DNA of 27,908 bases from Ostreococcus tauri. Its lineage: Eukaryota. Made by a program: the position numbers and the translations under genes. The DNA lies in NCBI GenBank assembly GCA_000214015.2, contig CAID01000007.2:207157-235064 (forward strand), in the 5' to 3' direction. The notes below the pieces were generated by a model. That model was not told the origin of the DNA and made no database searches. It worked only from the letters and a program-made list of their open reading frames with translations. Positions 23,831 through 27,908 of this stretch are shown in pieces (the stretch's first letter is position 1; the number at the start of each line of letters is the position of its first letter).

Positions 23831-25822
23831 CTAGCTTCTTCGCGATGCGTTCGTCGCCGGTTCAAAAGTGCACTCCTCGAGCTCACGACGGACTCGCTCT
23901 TCCGCCAATGCCTTGCGCCGTCGCGCTGCTTTCTCGTCCACGTTCTCCGCCACGCTGAAAGGTTCAGGAATTGTGCGCCTGTGTCGGCGATCGAAATCGT
24001 CCAGTTCCTCATAGAAAACTCTCGCGTATCGCTCTCGCTTTTCTTCTTCAATCTGACGTGCTTTGGCTTGCTTTTGCAAGAATGAGTCCACTCCTTTGAC
24101 CTTGGATATCGAGGGTGAGTACATGGATCGAGTGTCGAGCGTGGTCGTCTCCGGCCGGAACGTGCACTCTTCAAGCTCGCGATACTCAGCTCGCTTGCGG
24201 AGATTCTCGAGCGCGATCTCCTTCTCGCGACGATACGCATCTATGCGCGCGCTAACCGCGTCGCCACCCACGCCATAATCCATCGAGCGTTGACTCTTGT
24301 GTCTGGCTCGCTGCGCGTCGCTCGAGCGATCCAGATTAGGTTCAAACGTGTGCTCTTGCCTGAACTCTCGCTCGATTTCAGCCTGAGCGCGTTTACGCGC
24401 TAGCTCACGTCGTTCATCCCGAGCGAGATCATCGATCGCGCTGCCGTACGGAGCGAGCGTGCGCGACTTTTCGTTGAGTTTGGGCTTGTACGTGAACTGC
24501 TCGTAGTGTTCGCGTTCGCGAGCGCTCTGCTTCGCCCGTTTCATGTCCGCATCATCGAAAGCCAGCCGTCGTGCGCGCTCCTCAGGGGTCTCGATGAGGT
24601 TTCGAACGTATCGTCCACCGCTTCGCAGCACCTCGCCCGCGTTTCCAATGTCTGGCGTGAATGTGCACTCGTCATCTTCCTTCGCGAGCTGTTGCTCTGC
24701 TCGGCGCCGCGCAACTTTTTCGTTGAAATCTCGCTGCCGCTCGAGAAACCCAGCGCCCAGCTTCCCTCTTCGCGTCAATTCGTCGACAACTTTCCCACTC
24801 TTGGACACGAGCTTTGGCTCGAACGTGAAATCTGCGTCAGGGTCATCCGTTCTGAACCGACGTCTAGGCGCCGAGGTGCGCTCGTCGGCGCCGTCCGCCA
24901 TAGACCTTTCAATCTCAGCGCGCTGCTTTGCCAGCGCCACGCTCGTCGGATTAAGCGTCGGTTTGAACGTGTGCGATTTCGAGAGTTCGTCCTCGACCTT
25001 GGCTCGAGCCGTTTCTTTCACGCGTTCCTTCGCTCGCAACACGTCGTTCACACGCTCGTGCAGCGGCGGCACCTTGGCGATCTTCGCACGAACCTCTGGC
25101 GGTGGTGATCGGACCGACGGTCGAAATGTCAGGTTTCCCATCTCTTCCGCCGCCAAGCGCGCGTGTTCGCGCTCTCTGCTCTCCAACTTTTTATCGGCGA
25201 GCTCGTACAACCGCTCGCTCGCTGGTTTCGAACTCGATGCCTTGGGTTTCCGCCCCGTCTTCGGCGCAAACGTGCAGTTCGCTCCGAAAACCTCTGCATC
25301 CCTCGCCGCTTTCTCGTTCGCCGCGCGTTCCCACATCGCCGTCTTCGGCTTGGCGAGCTTATCCAGCGTCGTCTCTCCGCTCGCGTCTCGCCTCCGCGCC
25401 TCGACGTGCACCCTCGGCGAGAACGTCTCCTCCATTCGCCGCCGCGCCAACACCTCCGCCTCCACCTTTTTCCTCGAGTGCCTTCCCGCCAAGCGTTCGC
25501 TCCGCTCACGCCTCGCCGCGTTCGGTACCTCGCCGCCCGCCGTCCCGTCCGCCGTCCCCGTCCGCCGCCGCCTCGCCGCCGCCTCCCGCGTCGCCCGCGC
25601 CCGCGCCGCCGCCTCCACGCGCGCCGCGCGCCGTCGCCACTCGTAATCCATGTACCTCGCTCGCGTCGTCGTCCACCGCTCGCCACCTCGCGCGCCCGTC
25701 GGTTCCTCGCTCGTTGATTCCGACGACGACGACCCATCCACCGCATCCATCGCCGCGCGCTCCAACGCCCGCGCCCGTCGCACGAGCTCGCGCGCGCGCG
25801 CGCGACGCGCGTCGTCCGTCAT
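23831..25822 (-). CDS. Charged coiled-coil protein with ten spaced [C/H/F]-T-F-x-P motifs; family not recognised
   Basis: 663-aa ORF, ATG 25820-25822. The motif recurs (EETFSP, NCTFAP, NLTFRP, SHTFKP, DFTFEP, ECTFTP, QFTYKP, EHTFEP, ECTFRP, ECTFEP), each time embedded in Arg/Glu/Lys-rich segments. The sense strand is chosen over the antisense Ser/Arg/Pro ORFs (24543..25646, 25102..25899) because of this periodic, compositionally normal pattern. Confidence 0.75.
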   Translation of the reverse strand: MTDDARRARARELVRRARALERAAMDAVDGSSSSESTSEEPTGARGGERWTTTRARYMDYEWRRRAARVEAAARARATREAAARRRRTGTADGTAGGEVPNAARRERSERLAGRHSRKKVEAEVLARRRMEETFSPRVHVEARRRDASGETTLDKLAKPKTAMWERAANEKAARDAEVFGANCTFAPKTGRKPKASSSKPASERLYELADKKLESREREHARLAAEEMGNLTFRPSVRSPPPEVRAKIAKVPPLHERVNDVLRAKERVKETARAKVEDELSKSHTFKPTLNPTSVALAKQRAEIERSMADGADERTSAPRRRFRTDDPDADFTFEPKLVSKSGKVVDELTRRGKLGAGFLERQRDFNEKVARRRAEQQLAKEDDECTFTPDIGNAGEVLRSGGRYVRNLIETPEERARRLAFDDADMKRAKQSAREREHYEQFTYKPKLNEKSRTLAPYGSAIDDLARDERRELARKRAQAEIEREFRQEHTFEPNLDRSSDAQRARHKSQRSMDYGVGGDAVSARIDAYRREKEIALENLRKRAEYRELEECTFRPETTTLDTRSMYSPSISKVKGVDSFLQKQAKARQIEEEKRERYARVFYEELDDFDRRHRRTIPEPFSVAENVDEKAARRRKALAEERVRRELEECTFEPATNASRRS

Positions 25823-25896
25823 CGCGCGCGTCGGCGTCGCCCGTCCGCGCGCGCGGCGACGGCGCGGGCGCGAGCGACCGCGTCGGCATTCAAATC

Positions 25897-25931
25897 TAGG
25901 GTTTAGCGTGCGCGAATGTAGGGTTTAGCGT
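25897..25931. promoter_or_regulatory. Tandem telo-box-like element: TAGGGTTTAGCGT x2 (22-bp period)
   Basis: Exact 13-mers at 25897..25909 and 25919..25931. The reverse complement contains AAACCCTA. They sit in the 387-bp divergent intergenic region between ATG 25822 (-) and ftsZ ATG 26210 (+). Confidence 0.4.
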
Positions 25932-26209
25932 ACACGCCGCCCAGCACACGACACGGGTGAATATTGATTGCACTACGACGGTCGCACGCCCCGACGGGTC
26001 GACGACGCGTGACGGGTCATGACTCGACGTGTCGGAGACTCGAGACCCCGCGCGAATCATTCGATCGCGCCCCCGGCGCGCGCGACGTCGACACACCGAA
26101 ACGACGGGCGCGATGGCGTGCGCGCGCGCGATGACGCGCGCGTCGACGCGTGGGTTGAGGTGCGCGCGCGCGGTGACGACGACGGGACGACGCGCGACGC
26201 GCGGGAGGG

Positions 26210-27649
26210 ATGGCGCGTCGGATGATTTTTAAACGCGGTTCAAACGCGCGCGTGCCCTCGAGGGCGACGGTCTTCGCGAGGGCGCGCGCGCGCGTGACGG
26301 GGGTGATGGACGCGGGCGCGCGGGGTGGGAAGACGTCGTTCGATGCGTCGGTGACGACGGGTGGGGAGGGGTGCGCGTTGAGATTTCAGAGACTGACTTT
26401 TGGACGACGATCCACCGACAGACGAAGCGAGGCGACGCGCGCGAGGAGCGCGAGAGCGACGAGCAGAGCGTCGCGATGCGTGACGCGCGCGGCGACGAAC
26501 GCGGCGACGATAAAGGTTATTGGCGTCGGCGGTGGTGGATCGAACGCGGTGAACCGGATGCAGAACTCGGACATCACGGGGGTGGAGTTTTGGATCGTGA
26601 ACACGGACGCCCAGGCCCTGGACCAGCAAGCGGTGGACGCGCCGAACCAGCTGCAAATCGGTGCTGAGCTCACGCGTGGTCTCGGTGCTGGAGGGAACCC
26701 AGAGATTGGTCAAAAGGCGGCGGAAGAGAGCCGAACGGCGGTCGAGGCGGCGTTGACTGGGGCTGATATGGTGTTCGTGACGGCGGGCATGGGTGGAGGC
26801 ACCGGATCCGGCGCCGCGCCGGTGGTCGCTCAAGTCGCCAAATCCGCCGGTATTTTGACCGTCGGTATCGTCACTATGCCGTTCAAGTTCGAGGGGCGCC
26901 AACGATACAACCAAGCGATGGAGGCTGTCGAGCGTTTGCGCCAAAACGTTGACACGCTCATCGTCATTCCGAACGACCGCCTCCTCGCCGCCGTTGACCC
27001 GACTTTGTCTGTGCAAGACGCCTTCTTGCTCGCTGACGACATCCTTCGTCAAGGCGTCCGCGGTATAACCGATATTATTACTTTGCCGGGCTTAATCAAC
27101 GTCGATTTCGCCGATGTTCGCGCCGTCATGGCGGATGCCGGTTCTTCTCTCATGGGTATCGGCCGAGCATCTGGCAAGAACCGCGCGCGCGAAGCCGCGG
27201 AAGCGGCCATTTCATCTCCGTTGCTCGACCTGGGCATCGATCGTGCCACCGGTATCGTGTGGAACATCACCGGTGGCTCCGATTTGACTTTGCACGAGGT
27301 GAACGAAGCCGCAGAGGTGATTTATGATCTCGTTGACCCGTCGGCGCTCATCATCTTTGGCGCCGTGATTAAGGATGGTAACCGCGCCACCGATGGCGAG
27401 GTGTCCATCACTCTCATCGCCACCGGCTTCTCGCCGTCGGCGGGCATCAACCAAGCTGCAGCGGCGCCAGTCTCTCGACAAGCGTCTCGACAAACGTCTT
27501 TCAGCCAACCAACTGGTGGTCGTACGCCGATCAAGGGCTGGAGCCAAAACCAAGAACCGGCGCCGTCGCGCAACGGCGCTGACAAGCAGCCGGTTGAAGA
27601 ATCGCGCGGCGGGATCCCCGCTTTCTTGAAGCGCAGAATGGGTCGTTAA
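26210..27649 (+). CDS. ftsZ: Plastid division protein FtsZ (FtsZ2-type, with C-terminal core peptide)
   Basis: 479-aa ORF starting at ATG 26210. Transit-like N-terminus ([24 protein letters not shown]), then the canonical tubulin/FtsZ core: [50 protein letters not shown]. The C-terminal IPAFLKRR matches the (D/E)(I/V)PxFL(R/K)(R/K) peptide typical of FtsZ2 and bacterial FtsZ. The exact start is uncertain (M5 and M33 are alternatives). Confidence 0.9.
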   Translation: MARRMIFKRGSNARVPSRATVFARARARVTGVMDAGARGGKTSFDASVTTGGEGCALRFQRLTFGRRSTDRRSEATRARSARATSRASRCVTRAATNAATIKVIGVGGGGSNAVNRMQNSDITGVEFWIVNTDAQALDQQAVDAPNQLQIGAELTRGLGAGGNPEIGQKAAEESRTAVEAALTGADMVFVTAGMGGGTGSGAAPVVAQVAKSAGILTVGIVTMPFKFEGRQRYNQAMEAVERLRQNVDTLIVIPNDRLLAAVDPTLSVQDAFLLADDILRQGVRGITDIITLPGLINVDFADVRAVMADAGSSLMGIGRASGKNRAREAAEAAISSPLLDLGIDRATGIVWNITGGSDLTLHEVNEAAEVIYDLVDPSALIIFGAVIKDGNRATDGEVSITLIATGFSPSAGINQAAAAPVSRQASRQTSFSQPTGGRTPIKGWSQNQEPAPSRNGADKQPVEESRGGIPAFLKRRMGR

Positions 27650-27744
27650 GTTACGGCGATTCAGTTTGTACACCAAGTTTAGAGATCCTCTTTTTGATAA
27701 ACAACAGCTCAGATGTGCGGAAAAACCGACTCTACGCGTTTCAC

Positions 27745-27908
27745 TCATCTCAAAAGATGGTCCAACTTATTCACCTCCGATAGGCTCAACTTGAGCTCCC
27801 GGCGCTTCAAAGCAACCTCTTCCACGAACTCATCCACGGTTTTCGACATTTTCTTTCGATAATTGGACGAGTCCAAGAGGTGAATCATGATCACCGCAAA
27901 GTCTCGAC
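27745..27908 (-). CDS. C-terminal end of an unidentified protein-coding gene running off the right edge of the window
   Basis: The minus-strand frame is open from the window end to TGA (27745-27747): RDFAVIMIHLLDSSNYRKKMSKTVDEFVEEVALKRRELKLSLSEVNKLDHLLR*. Composition is normal and not GC-artefact-like. It is too short to be listed in the track. No family recognised. Confidence 0.35.
   Translation of the reverse strand, partial: RDFAVIMIHLLDSSNYRKKMSKTVDEFVEEVALKRRELKLSLSEVNKLDHLLR

Noticed and set aside
1-27908. A prokaryote-style novel system (defence island, operon, CRISPR array, toxin-antitoxin, mobile element) somewhere in the window
   Set aside because: Every confidently assigned gene is eukaryotic nuclear in character: introns, targeting peptides, KDEL, and the CBP80, CEP120, PRA1 and ABCC families. 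Genes alternate strands with no operon-like organisation. I saw no spacer-repeat arrays, integrase or transposase ORFs, or terminal inverted repeats. Claiming such a system would be unsupported.

Overview
This window is eukaryotic nuclear DNA, not a prokaryotic locus. The sequence shows GT..AG spliceosomal introns with CTGAC branch sites and Arg/Ser/Ala-rich organelle-targeting N-termini. It also shows a signal peptide plus C-terminal KDEL, a pol III tRNA gene with an intron, and eukaryote-only families (CBP80/NCBP1, CEP120-like, PRA1, SDF2, ABCC/MRP). High GC and extreme gene density (stop-to-stop gaps of 35-95 bp, bidirectional promoters of 115-390 bp) fit a Mamiellophyceae picoalga. The centriolar CEP120-like gene argues for a flagellate, so Micromonas-like is my best guess; this taxonomic call is inference.

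I call 18 protein-coding genes (two truncated by the window edges) and one tRNA. In order:
- sulfotransferase (partial)
- VAT-1-like MDR oxidoreductase
- CEP120-like
- PRA1
- SDF2-like
- an Arg/Ala-rich coiled-coil protein
- CBP80 (3 exons)
- organellar bL27 (2 exons)
- FolD
- tRNA-Met(CAU)
- a divergent aldose-1-epimerase-like protein
- SKL1 (inactive shikimate-kinase-like)
- a large coiled-coil protein
- an LYR-motif protein (2 exons)
- a short ABCC transporter
- a PfkB kinase
- a TF-x-P repeat protein
- FtsZ2-type FtsZ
- a partial terminal ORF

The ORF track translates GTG/TTG starts as M (for example 58, 7777, 8781, 7397), so I re-derived starts from real ATGs. I see no CRISPR, rRNA, transposon, operon or defence-island-like system, and I do not claim one.

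The most unusual items are:
- a 120-nt intron at the canonical position of elongator tRNA-Met
- an unassigned protein with ten regularly spaced TF-x-P motifs
- a duplicated telo-box-like element in the ftsZ bidirectional promoter
- a 10-codon first exon of CBP80 that the ORF track cannot show
- a catalytically degenerate SKL1
- strong local GC heterogeneity
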